Shown here piece by piece: positions 15,466-27,269 of a DNA stretch of 64,000 nt. The number at the start of each line of letters is the position of its first letter. The stretch's first letter is position 1. The notes beneath the pieces are model-generated. The model did not search any database. It saw only the letters and a list, made by a program, of their open reading frames with translations, and was not told the origin of the DNA. The position numbers were made by a program, and so were the translations under genes. The stretch spans positions 46,872,001-46,936,000 of the forward strand of contig OZ024743.1 of NCBI GenBank assembly GCA_964016885.1, written 5' to 3'. Source of the DNA: Eledone cirrhosa. Lineage: Eukaryota.

Positions 15466-16259
15466 TTAGAGCTACAGGCTATATATTAAATGGCTGAACA
15501 AGAGATGACAATTTACTTTTCTTTTTGAATTTGTCATTGGGAAAGTGGCCGGTCAAAAATAAACTCAAAATTAACAGAAAGAGACATACACATACATACA
15601 TACATACATACATACATACATACATACATAGTTAGGAAATTACAAGTACAATCCATTAATGGAACAGTAAAAATATGTAAAACATCCCCAAAATGTTGCA
15701 TCTAATAACTACATATACACGTGTAGAGATACTAAGCATATACACATGCACACATATAACTCAAAACATCCAGATCCACACATACAATAACATCCATACC
15801 TACACATGCATGCAGACATATCTACCTAGTTGATGTTGTGTAAATTCCAATCAGAGAGTCTTGTATCTATGTTAAAAACTGACTCTCTCTCTCTATTGGC
15901 AAAAATGTGTAAAATTATAAAACCAGAAGAACATACATACATGGTGGCTGCCAACTCGTTTTCGAGTACGGCCACTACTTTATATCCATGTAGGAGAACC
16001 CCTACCGATACGCTGAACGAGCGTGACTTTTTAGTCCAGCCAGCGACTCGAAAACTCTGGTACAAACACTACATCTGTGACAATTATTATCACATAGTGC
16101 TGGGCCCATGGTACCATGTGACGACAAGTGCAGAGAGATCTCCAAATATAAAGCAATGCCTGTGCCATGAAGCTTTTATAGTGAGCAAAGGCACTGCACA
16201 AAGCCAGTCTCACTCTCTTAACCAAGGTGATATTTACCAAAAAGAAGAACAAGTCAACA

Positions 16260-16553
16260 TTATTGGATACCATCAGGGTTGCAGGTGTTATATTAGAGTT
16301 TTCCTTCTCTTAGAATTCTGCCTTGACAAAGGTTAAGGGGTCATCTCTGCCGGTGATTTTGGATGGCCATTGCCTCTTAAGAGCTCCTTTGCCCTTTGAC
16401 AGGTTTTGTTTTTAGTCCTGCAGGATGTCCAAAGTCACCCTCCTCACCAAGAAACCTTGGTAGGGTTGCCAGTTTAGTCGCCAACGACCCGACCATGGGA
16501 CAGGTTGTACTGGATACATGTTACCAGTAGCACCAACTGGTGACCTGACACAC
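16260..16553 (-). mobile_element. RTE-clade 5' UTR fragment (paralogous piece at ~16795-16905)
   Basis: Minus-strand motifs GGCGACTAAA, CTTGGTGAGGAGGG and CTAAGAGAAGGAAAACTCT resemble RTE/BovB 5' UTRs. The segment is partly duplicated downstream. Confidence 0.6.
16469..16553 (-). ncRNA. Degenerate HDV-like ribozyme at an RTE 5' end
   Basis: P2 CCAGT/ACTGG, J4/2 CTAA, P4 ending GGCGA, imperfect P1 GTGTGTCA/TGTCCCAT followed by GG. P3/L3 appears truncated. Confidence 0.4.
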
Positions 16554-16919
16554 ATACATACATAAGAAGGTGCCGTGATGTGGAGGGCATAGGCATACAT
16601 AATATGAAACAGTAGTGATGAAATATTCCAGTCAAAACTCCAATAAAATGCAAACATAGCAGACCAGACATAATGATAGAGAAAAGAAGACAGAGATAGC
16701 AGAAACCAGCTGCCCCCATAAGGTGTCAATAATGCTAAAGGTTAGCAAAAAGGAGAACATTTATGCTGAACTAAAATAAAAAGAAAAACTTTATTGGATG
16801 GCCGTTGACTCTCCTGAGTTTCTCCAAAATTAGACGGGTTTTGTTTTTCATCCTGCCGGGTGTCCAAAATCACCCTCCTTACCAAGCAAACGGTGACTAG
16901 TTTCGCTGTTATTATCCAG

Positions 16920-17089
16920 TCGATAGATGGTTGGACGCCATGGTTTCTAGCATAGTTACGTCCCTTTACTGTCTGAGTTAAAATCCCATTGAGGTTAACT
17001 TTGCCTTTCATCCTTACGGAGTTGATATAATAAAGTACCAGTAGTGCACTGGGTAATTGCTGGCCTTGTGCCAAAAGTAGAAACAATTA
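16920..17089 (+). mobile_element. tRNA-derived SINE, family A
   Basis: Family consensus. Confidence 0.82.
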
Positions 17090-17632
17090 TCAAATATCAA
17101 CTAAGATATAAAAAAAACTTTGATATGTGATAAACATAACATATACATAAATTGTAGCGTATATACAAATAAATGTGGGTTTTGGTAGTTTGGGGAGAAA
17201 AATATAATTATTGTATCAATACATGCTTCTATATGGCTGCTACCACTCTGAAGGAACTTCTATTCAGCCATAAAGATCAAGATACCATCTCTACTGCTTC
17301 TACGTTGTTTTTTGATGTCTCTCCTCATGCTTGCCCCTGCAGTGCTCAGAATTCCATACACTTTTCTTAGGGAACTAGCACAGGACCTTCGTCTACCTAC
17401 CAGCTTCACCTGGAATGTACCTAGTCCTCCACCCTTCCCCAGTCTTATATAAATATATTATTTAATTAAACAACAGTCAACATCAAAGGGTGGGCGTTCA
17501 GTTACGATTAGAGAGATTTTAGTTGGTATCTTTATGGTTATCGTGGAGAAAATTTGTAACTTTTAATTATTTGTTGGCTCTAGTAAAAACAATTAGTTAC
17601 TACTCCTCAACTCAATACAACTCCTCTTCCTC

Positions 17633-17890
17633 ATCAACACCACCGCCACCAACACCACCACCACACCACCAACACCACCATCACCACCACCAACAACAAC
17701 ACCACCAACACCGTCACCATAACCACCACCTCCACCACCACCACCAACACCGCCACCACCACCACCACCACCACCACCACCAAACCACCACCACCATCAC
17801 CAGCACCACCACCCACCACCACCACCCACCACCACCACCATCACCACCACCACCATAATCACCACCACCACCAACACCACCGCCACCAAC
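17633..17890. repeat. (CAC)n trinucleotide repeat
   Basis: Directly visible. Confidence 0.92.
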
Positions 17891-18196
17891 TCTAATCAAC
17901 TAGCCAGACTGCTATTAACATATCTCAATAGGATTTCATCTTAAGACGATTAGCTGTTTCAGTTTACGCAATACATTTATAATATAGAGACAAACAGACC
18001 TGCAAATTAATTAATTGAATGACAAGGTGGAGGTTGCCTGGGTTGAGCAAAGTAGAAATATATATACACCAATGTAGCCTTGTAACATTCATATATATAA
18101 TAAATTCAAAGGGATATATGTATATAATTAGACATAGTCACAGATACATATATGAGTTTGGCTAGCTTTCACGGTATATATAACATACATATATAT

Positions 18197-18238
<42 letters not shown>

Positions 18239-18285
18239 CATACATACATACATATATACATACATACATATATATATATATATAT

Positions 18286-19843
18286 GGTGTTGATGAATGG
18301 CTTGTGAGAGCTATACAAGCCATGTATAAAGAAACAGTCAGCAAGGTTAGAATTAACAACGAATATAGTGAAGAGTTTAGCGTAAAAGTTGGTGTTCATC
18401 AGGGCTCTGTTCTTAGCCCCCTACTATTTATTATTGCCCTTCAGGCTATAACAGTGGAGTTCAAGACCGGCTGCCCATGGGAACTCCTATACGCAGATGA
18501 TCTAACGCTCATAGCTGAATCAATGGCCGAGCTAGAGAAGAAATTCCAAACATGGAAGCACGGCCTAGAATCAAAAGGCCTTAAAATGAACCTGGCTAAG
18601 ACTAAAGTTCTAGTTTGTAGGAAAGAAAATAAGGCACCGGTCCCTTCCGGGAAATGGCCATGCTCAGTGTGTAGGAAAGGCGTAGGTAGAAACTCCATTT
18701 TATGTCCCAAATGCAAAGTATGGGTGCATAAAAGATGTAGTGGGATCACAGGTAAGCTAACTAAGAACATAGATTTTACATGTGGCCGGTGCTCTGGTGC
18801 AATAAGTAGCAGCAAGTGCCCACAAAATACTAGCTCTTTCAATTGCGCAGAGTGTTCTATAGAAATAGTGGACAGCTTCCGTTACCTGGGTGACAAAATC
18901 AGCAGTGGGGGAGGGTGCTCTGAAAGTACAGTAGCTAGAGTCAGAACTGGATGGAAAAAGTTCAGAGAGCTTATACCACTATTAGCCGCTAAAGGGTTCT
19001 CCCTAAAAATGAAAGACAGGCTGTATGATGCCTGCATACGAACAGTAATGTTGCATGGCAGTGAGACCTGGGCATTGTGTGCAGAGGATATACGCAGACT
19101 AGAAAGGAACGAAGCTTGCATGCTCCGCTGGATGTGTAATAGTAATATACGTGAACGGCAAAGCATAAACGAACTAAGGGAAAAATTAGAAATAAGAGGG
19201 ATCAGATGTTGTTTACTCGAGAGAAGGCTACGTTGGTATGGTCACGTGATGCGCATGAAAGACGACAGCTGTATAAAAAGGTGCAGGGCAATAAAGATAG
19301 ACGGTAGCCACGGAGTAGGCAGACCCAGAAAAACCTGGGACGACCTGATAAATTCCCACCTCACACACTTACACCTCTCCAAGACAATGTCACTGGACCG
19401 AGATCTTTGGCGGTACTCAGTAATAGAGAAGACCCGCCTTACCTAAATACAAAGTAAAATCTACTACAGTCAGTAGGCATCTCTAACAAAATACACCCCC
19501 GTCCCACCACCCCCACCCCATCCACACCGCCTCTTTCAATGTAAAGTTATGTTGGTGCCACAACATCCAGGTCGAAACAAATGAGATCGTGTAGGTGTCA
19601 CGACAAAAAAAAAACACACAGTCCACGCTGTAATGTGGCCGTGTAGGCAACACGGTAAAAACCTCCCAGTCCCACACTGTAAATGTGGTTGGTGTTAGGA
19701 AGGGCATCCAGCTGTAGAAAACCCGCCAGACAGTCCTATGCGAGCAAGACAACCACTCTTGCCTCAAGTGGGAAAACTCCCGTCCAAACCCATGCAAGCG
19801 TGGAACATGGACGTTAAACGATGATGATGATGATGATGATGAT
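18286..19843 (+). mobile_element. Young 5'-truncated RTE-clade LINE
   Basis: Starts at a (TA)n run; intact RT ORF; ~400-nt 3' UTR ending GGACGTTAAAC(GAT)n. Near-identical 3' copies at 28784 and 56518. Confidence 0.93.
18304..19446 (+). CDS. C-terminal RTE reverse transcriptase fragment (380 aa, no native start) with internal PHD-type finger
   Basis: Motifs VGVHQGSVLSPLLF, LLYADDL, FRYLG, MLHGSETW, RRLRWYGHVMRM, GRPRKTW; C4HC3 motif at 18661-18792. Confidence 0.9.
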   Translation: MRAIQAMYKETVSKVRINNEYSEEFSVKVGVHQGSVLSPLLFIIALQAITVEFKTGCPWELLYADDLTLIAESMAELEKKFQTWKHGLESKGLKMNLAKTKVLVCRKENKAPVPSGKWPCSVCRKGVGRNSILCPKCKVWVHKRCSGITGKLTKNIDFTCGRCSGAISSSKCPQNTSSFNCAECSIEIVDSFRYLGDKISSGGGCSESTVARVRTGWKKFRELIPLLAAKGFSLKMKDRLYDACIRTVMLHGSETWALCAEDIRRLERNEACMLRWMCNSNIRERQSINELREKLEIRGIRCCLLERRLRWYGHVMRMKDDSCIKRCRAIKIDGSHGVGRPRKTWDDLINSHLTHLHLSKTMSLDRDLWRYSVIEKTRLT

Positions 19844-20045
19844 ATATATCATCATCATCATCATCATCACCATTTTACAGTAATAGTATTGGTTAGTATT
19901 CAGTTTTGGTTTTAAGTTTTATCGGTTGCGCATTTCTAATGCTTTTCAAAAATAATTTTGAGATAGAACGTCCGTGATGTTGATGACTGAAGCATCAATA
20001 TTATTAGCTGGCTTCAGAAAATTACGAGTACAAGGGAAGGTATAT

Positions 20046-20478
20046 GTGTAGTGAAATCTCTTCACATATACTGACATCTGAATGACATATGGCTACTAAT
20101 TCTCTTTATCTCGGCTGACGTCAGTAGTCTGGAGTGACTGGCCAGCTTGAGGTGAACTGGGATAAGTTTTCTTTGGGTTATTTGACTCTGGTTCCTCATA
20201 AGAGAAGCATCACTTCAACCTGCTCAAGCAAGTAGCGAGATGTAGTCCTTAGCAAAATGCTATGGCCATCTTGACAAGGGCCCAACACCAATTCTTCCAT
20301 CAGCACTTCATCTGAAGCGAAGTTAGAGAGTCGAATGACGTAAAGAAAAACTTAGCTCATTTCACCTCAAGCTGGCCAGCCCCTCCAGACCACTAATGCC
20401 AACCAAGATAAAAAGAAATAGCAGCCAGATGTCATTCAGGGGTGGGGAGTCAGTATGTGCGAAGAGATTTCACTACAC
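20046..20478. repeat. Old inverted-repeat element (~130-bp arms)
   Basis: 20046-20174 is an imperfect reverse complement of 20342-20478. Part of the spacer recurs at ~20776-20860. Confidence 0.7.
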
Positions 20479-20897
20479 AACCACACAGAATCATCTGCCT
20501 CTTCATATAGACAACACAGTTCCCTTGCCACTGCGAGCTTACTACTACCTCTGCTGGTAATACTGTCTGATTACAACTTGTCATTTTTTAATCAAACGCA
20601 ACATATTAAACAAAGATTCTCCAACACAACACAGAAGCCTTTTAGTATTCATTTGTGAGTGCTACCATCAAACTTTATATTTATGATTTGAAGTAATCAT
20701 ATTCTTTTTCCTTTTTGTTGAAGTGAAGTAAAGTTATCTAACCAAAATTATTGGTATTTGTTGTGTTTATCATACCAAGCAAGTAGTGAGATGTAGTCCT
20801 TAGCAAAAAGCCTCCAGCCCTGTCGACAAGGGTCCAACAAAAATTCTTCATCGGAACTTCAACTTCAACCAAACAGAATCATCTACCACTTCATATA

Positions 20898-21243
20898 GAA
20901 TTAACACCATGCGGTTTTTTTCCTGTGGGGGAGGGTGAAGGAAGAAGTTTATAGCTCAAAACCAAAATCTCTGACTCAATTGGAGGAACACATATCTCAT
21001 GAAATAACCAACATACTGCCTGAGTTCCTGATGAAGTCACTTGAGGATATACCCAGACAATTTCAAATATTCATGGACAAACCCATGCTAGCGTGGAAGA
21101 TAGACATTAAACGATGATGATGATGATGAATGCCGGTGTCTATGTGGATTTCTATCATTATACTCTTTAAAATAAAGCATGTTTTATGAAAATCAACCAA
21201 TAATTAATAAAGTTACTAACAATTTTAAATAAGGAGTCCTGTA
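20898..21243 (+). mobile_element. Tc1/mariner transposase 3' remnant
   Basis: LTPC..FLWGRVKEEVYSSKPKSLTQLEEHI resembles the SPDL.P.DFFLWG.VK..VY C-terminal motif. Putative end CCTG|TA at ~21242. A short RTE tail is inserted at ~21081-21128. Confidence 0.65.
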
Positions 21244-22164
21244 TATATGTGTATATATATATGTCATCATTATCCTCATTGCTGTTTTAACGTCCTCTTT
21301 CCCTCCTAGCAAGGGTTGGATGGGTCTACAAAGACCAAGTCAGTACTGAAGCAGGGCTACTGATCTCCCAGATAAGCCAGGGATCTGTTATCTCGCTTAT
21401 GTACAGTATCACATTTTACCATGTGCACAGGAGAAGTTGTCATGTCTTTGACACAACTGAGGGTCCTTCCAACCCTTTATATATGAGTGATTTGTTAGTT
21501 GAGTCCACAGCAAGTGAGTGAAGTGTATCTCAGTGAGTTGAGAGAATTGTTGCTGTGATGTCTTGCCTTGGTCAAGGAAATGGTTGTAGTTGTATGTTGT
21601 GGTAATGTGATATTGCTGTGAAGAAGACAACTTTTCCCAAACGAACAAGACACTGCTAATTTTTATGTTTTTATTGATTGCATTATTTACTTCAAAATCA
21701 TATACATTAATAATGAACAATGGAAAAAGGTAAACGTATAATTGTAGTATTAGTAGTGAATTTACTAACATTTTGGTTGATGCTGGTAGCCAGCCCTGCT
21801 AGCCACAGGGTTGGTTAGCAGTGTGTGTGTGTGTGTGGCTACATCAAGAACTGTGCTGTCTGTATGTTGCAGAGCAAAGAAACTGCTTGTTCTGTGACAG
21901 AGTGAAGAAACAGTTTCTCTGCTTCCTGAGGTCAAAATCTCTTGTATTTATGAGGATTGTGTGACCAGAAGATAATTTCCTTTTCAACAAAGGCAATAAG
22001 TCTAAATGGAAACATTGTTAGCTCAAATAGACAAAAGAATTGGTATCTCAGTTAGTTTGGCTGAGGTTAAAGGTGAGTGTTGATAAAGCGACCACCTGAG
22101 AACATGGGAATGGTTTCACTACATCCTCCACACACAAACACATACACACATGTATACACACAGT

Positions 22165-22990
22165 TTTCTTAAGAACCACCAGATGACAGATTGTGGTACT
22201 CTGTCAAAAGCTTTCTCCAGATCAATGAAAATTAGATATAATGGCTTACACTTAACATGGAACTACTTTTATAGTTGTCTCAGTAAGAGACTTCTGTGGT
22301 GCTCTTCCCTAACTCAAAATAAAATTGTATCTCATCTAATTTGACTCTTTCCCTAAGTAGTTGAGTTAAAATTCTTTGATCCATCAGTTTTATTCCCCTA
22401 TAGTTGCTCCTTTCTGGAGCATCACCTGTGCCCTTGTAGCAATTAATGTACTGCTACACCATTGGATATGACCTCATTCTATATTATCTGATAGATTATA
22501 TAGGTGACTAGTTTGACTCCTACTTTTCCAAAAGATTTCAGTATTTCAGTGACTTTCTTTACCCTTTTTCATTTCCTTGATTGCTTCTTTGACTCTATAA
22601 CTGTCAATGTTGGTCCCTCAGTTGAATCAGCCAATGGTAGCCTCTCTTCCTCCCACCTATTTTCCACATTCATCAACCTCTCATTTCCAGGCTTCAATCT
22701 TTTGAGCGTCAATGATGCTAAGTGTACTAATGTCATTTCAAACACTTTTCCACAACAACAAGCTGATTCACACTAACAACCTGTTTTGCAGTGCAGATCA
22801 CCTCACACCTCTGATACATCACAGGACATTGGCAAACCACCTGCCTTCAGCTTTTGTGAAGTATGTAAACCTGTCATCTAGCTTCTCTTTTAGTGACTTG
22901 ATATTGATCTTTGCTACCTCAATTGTTTAGTCTTTCTTCTCCTGACTCTTGTCTTTAATGGTTCTATCCACAGTACTGTTTACATCATCT
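22165..22990 (-). mobile_element. Old RTE LINE fragment
   Basis: FIDLEKAFDRVPQ at ~22190-22230; homologous to 24420-25000. Confidence 0.75.
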
Positions 22991-23354
22991 GAGTGTATTT
23001 GAGGTCTAATCTAATTATTCTGATAACTGTTTTATTAACGGTGAGTGAAATGGTACAAGTTTAATGTGGAGGCAATGGAATACCAATTGTTGGCAGTTTA
23101 ATGTTAGCTCTTTACACACAAAATGTAATTATAGAAGAATATATTGGAATTCAAACTAACAAAGAAAGATAATTGAGCATAATCAATATTTGGAGAATTT
23201 TTACTTATTTCAAGATTTAACATTGTCTACACTAATTCATTTTGTGATCTTGTTATCTTTTCCCAGATGATATTGTTATAATTTGAAAATAACAAGAGAT
23301 TATTTCACTGTTAATTCTTTTGTCTAGGCCATGTCCATTAATTCCACTCATGAC

Positions 23355-23822
23355 AAAGACATGACAATCTTTCTAGTGTTGAGCCACGAAAAATGCACTC
23401 AATACCCTCTGTAAAATAGTTGGTTTTCAGCTGTAGATACTATATCAAACTGGAAGAGAGGGCTCATCAGCCACATCAGGGTCATAGTAACCTTTTTATT
23501 GCTTTGCTATGATAAATTGCACCTTCTAAACTGGTTGGCTTTAGGAAGGACATCCATCTATAGAAACTATGTTAAAAGGGGTTGAGAGGACTCTTCAACT
23601 ATGCCAAGAACATGACAACCTCTCTAGTGCTGGTACCACTATGAAATGCCCTCAGTGCAATCTGTAAAATGGGAGGGTTTAGGAACTACATCAAGCTGTG
23701 GAAACCATGCCAAAAAGGCTGTGAGAGCTCTTTAAAACATTAAGGACATAACCTCTTTAGTGCTGGTATGACAATAAAATGCACTAAGTAGATTCTGTAA
23801 AGTGGTGGTCATTAGGAAAGGC
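23355..23822 (+). repeat. Four degenerate ~120-135-bp tandem units related to the RTE/SINE 3' domain
   Basis: Each unit has CATGACAACCT.TCTAGTGCTGGT...AAATGCAC...CTGTAAA.TGGTTGG..TTAGGAAGG-like sequence. Confidence 0.6.
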
Positions 23823-24049
23823 AGAAATACAGAGATAGTTTTTAGTTTTGCATTAAAAACTGTTCAATGTACATTTATAATATACATCACCATCATCATC
23901 ATCGTTTAACGTCTATCTTCCACGCTAGCATGGGTTAGACATCTGTATATGTAATATAGCATATACCTTAACTTGTTTTATTTAGATTAGAGTTGGGAAC
24001 CATTTCAATCTGAACAGCCATTTTTAGCTTAAAAATTGAGACTAATGGA

Positions 24050-25295
24050 GTCACACATCATCATCATCATATTTATGTCCATTTTCCACACTTACATGGG
24101 TTGGACATGTTCTTCTCAGCACAACATCTCTCCAATTGCCACGTTCCTTCATCAACTTCTCTGTGAGTCTCAGCAATTTGAGGTCAGCTCTCATCATCTC
24201 TGCCCAGGTCTTTCTTAGTCTGCCTCTACTGTGGCTTCCTTTCACTGGAATTTCCTAGCACTTCTTTATCCATCGATCATCATCCATGTGCATCCCATGT
24301 CTGTACCAACACAGTCTGCTCTCCTGCACACCACCTTGGATTCCTCTTAAACCCAGTTTCTCACTCAGTTCATCCAAGCTCTGCTTTTCTCTCACATTTC
24401 CATTTCCATCACTTTCATAACTTGGTTCATTAGTTTTATTCCTCTACAGTTGCTCCTCTCTAGGGTATTACCTTTGCCCTTGTAGCAATTTATGATTGTA
24501 CTGTAGTGCCAGTCATTGGGTGGATATGACTGTCCTGTATTACCTGATTGACTATACAGATCACTAGTTTGACTCTTACTTCTCCCGATGCTTTTAGCAT
24601 CTCAGTAACTATCTCTGATGGTCCCACAGCTTTACCCTTCTTCATTTCTTTGATTGCTTCTTTGACTCTATAACTGTCAACTTCAATAGCTGGTCCTTCT
24701 GTTTGGTGTTTTGGGATTAGTCTCTCTTCCTTCCATTCCTTCTCTACATTCATCAATCTCCCATAGCAATATTTCCAGGGCTCTTTCTTTTGAGCTTCAG
24801 TGGTGTTAAGTGCACCAGCGTCATCATTTCTAACACACTTTTCCCCAATAACATCCCAACTCACACTAACACACTGCCTTGCAATGTGGAACACTTCACA
24901 TCTCTGGTCCTCACATCTCAAGAGATTGGCAAACTTCTTTTTTCAGCCTCTCTCTGAGCTGTGTATACTTGTTATCTAGCTTAACTCTTAGCTACCTGGT
25001 ACTGGTCTCTGCTACCCCCATTTTTACAGTCTTTCCATACCTCTCTCTCGGTTTGAATGGCTCTATCCACTGTGCTCTTCGACCAACAGGTCACCTTCTG
25101 TCTGGCTGACACTTTACTCCAGCCACAAGTCTCATCAGTAGTTTGCAAAAGGTTGACACGTAGGAATTTCCAGTTGTCCTCTATTATATGTATCTAGCTC
25201 ACCACCCATGTCATCTACTGCATCCTGTAGGACCTTTCTAAACCTATATTTACCTGAAAGGTCCTTTAGCTTCCAAACCCTCCATCTCCATATTT
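24050..25295 (-). mobile_element. Old RTE LINE, internally deleted
   Basis: VKEAIKEMKKGKAVGPSEIVTEMLKASG (pre-RT) and NCRGIKL join almost directly to C-terminal RGRLRKTWAEMMRADL and a (GAT)n tail. Confidence 0.78.
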
Positions 25296-25759
25296 TCCTG
25301 TGTATCTTGTTCTGTCTTATGTTTATTTTGATGTTACTAAAGTTAATTTTGCTAACTTTTTCTTACTTAATGTAATTTTCATCATATCTGAAATAGCTTC
25401 ACTGTCCCAGTCATAAGAGATAGCTTTTGTTTTAATTAAAGATTGCAGATGTTATAAAATAAAAAAAAAAAAAATAATCAAATTATAGAATACCTAAGAG
25501 CCACTGGAGATAGGTTTAAGAGTCACATGGGCTCCAGATCTGCAGCTTCCCAATCCCTGATAATCTGTAGATAATCTGCAGTCTTCTGTTGTAATAAACA
25601 TAGCAAGATAATAATGTCCTTTTTTAGATATGAAGTAATTTTGCTTCTTATTTTAATTTCCTTGATTGAATCTATTTTATGAGTAAATTGTTTTTGTTAT
25701 TTTCCACTTAATATCTTTTTAATATTCTTTGTTATTCAGATTCTTACCTCATCACAGCC

Positions 25760-26423
25760 TTCTCTCTCTCTCCCTCTCTCTCTCGCTCTCTATCTATCTA
25801 TCTCTCCCTCTCCCTCTCTACTATCTTTCCATCTTCTCTCTCTCCCTCTCTCTACTATCTTTCCTTTCCACCTTCTCTCCCCCCCCCCTCTCTCTCTATC
25901 TATCTATCTCTCTCTCTCTACTATCTTTCCTTTCCACCTTCTCTCTCTCCCCCCTCTCTCTCTATCTATCTATCTCTCTCTCTCTCTACTATCTTTCCAC
26001 CTTCTCTTTCTCTCTCTCCCTCTCTACTATCTTTTCACCCTCTCTATCCACCCTCTCTCTATCCCCCTCTCTCACTCTCTCTCTCATATATATTTTTTTC
26101 ACAGCCTCTTTTTTATTATTTTTGTTTTCTTTATTGCCTGTTTCAAGATCAGATTTGCTGTTATTAAGCTTGCCAGCCAATCATATCCACAAACACACAC
26201 ACACACACAAACATACATACATACACAAACACACACGCACACACATAAACACACACACACACAAACACACACACACAAACACACATATACACAAACACAC
26301 ACACACACATATATATACACCTACACACTCACCCAAACATACACTCAGTACATGGGGAGATGTAGAGTGGGTATAGAGATATGTAATATATATATATATA
26401 TATATATATGTGTGTATATATAT
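25760..26423. repeat. Compound (CT)n, (CA)n and (TA)n microsatellites
   Basis: Directly visible. Confidence 0.85.
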
Positions 26424-26595
26424 ATCATCATCATCATTTCATTTTACGTCCGCTTTTCCCTGCTAGCAAGGGTGGGACGGGAACTGATTCTGGCTTGATT
26501 TCTACAGCTGGATGCCCTTCCTAACACCAACCTCATTTACAGTGAGTGCTGGGTGCTTTTATGCCGTGGCACCTCCACGACCACTTTGCAGTGGA
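26424..26595 (-). mobile_element. RTE-tail-related SINE/LINE 3' fragment
   Basis: (CAT)n tail plus CTACAGCTGGATGCCCTTCCTAACACCAACC shared with the RTE 3' UTR. Confidence 0.7.
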
Positions 26596-26642
26596 ATGAT
26601 ATGGACCCCAGTCCTATCAAATATATAAGAACCGTAGAGCAA

Positions 26643-26771
26643 ATATTTATTAAAATAACAGATTAAAGTTTAAGCAAAGAATCGCTGCTTTCACCCTTAA
26701 CGGGATCTTCAGAAGATCCCGTTAAGGGTGAAAGCAGCGATTCTTTGCTTAAACTTTAATCTGTTATTTTA

Positions 26772-26779
<8 letters not shown>
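26643..26779. repeat. Perfect palindrome, 68-bp arms, 1-nt loop
   Basis: Centre ...GGGATCTTC A GAAGATCCC... at 26711. A single-arm copy lies at ~59668-59731. Confidence 0.95.
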
Positions 26780-26814
<35 letters not shown>

Positions 26815-27269
26815 CTTAATGTTTATGTAACATATGAGTGTGTATATTTATATATAAATTATATTCAATATTTCTCTTTTCTCACGTAGGATTTTAAAAT
26901 AGAGTTATCCCCCCATGTAGATGTTCAGGTGCCTAATTTCTTCCCCATTTCAAACCCGCTCACCCTCCACACCACCACACCACCATACTTCTAGAACAAT
27001 CAAACGATGGTTGTACCAATTATCTTCAAAATTTAAACCCTAGCATCACTATCACTACTACTATCACTTATATAAGGTACGAATGCTGTTTGTTTTAGTT
27101 GGACTGTATGATGGCTGGACTTCAGGGTTTGAAAACATCTTCCCGGCATGAATCCACTTGAATAAAGGCGACCAAGCAAACATTCTTTATTTCAGGCATG
27201 TAAAGCTGGCACCAACCCCAATACAGATTCCACTGCCCTTCCAAAGCCCCCATCCCCCATTTCCAGCCT

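Larger units (their letters stand above)
12500..15500 (+). mobile_element. Degenerate R4/Dong-clade non-LTR retrotransposon (RT + restriction-like endonuclease) with nested insertions
   Basis: Translated pieces FRPIACQNITYKLYTG (~13280), LDYQKAFDSIPH (~13485), SHIFFVDDLKLY (~13935), YRYLG (~14115), KHNRPDIVV (~15140). Many stops and frameshifts. Confidence 0.82.

Noticed and set aside
26680-26745. Hammerhead-like CTGAAGA...GAAA on the minus strand of the palindrome
   Set aside because: No stem I partner and poor stem III. The parent copy at ~59725 reads CAGAAGA, so the core arises only from the fold-back junction.
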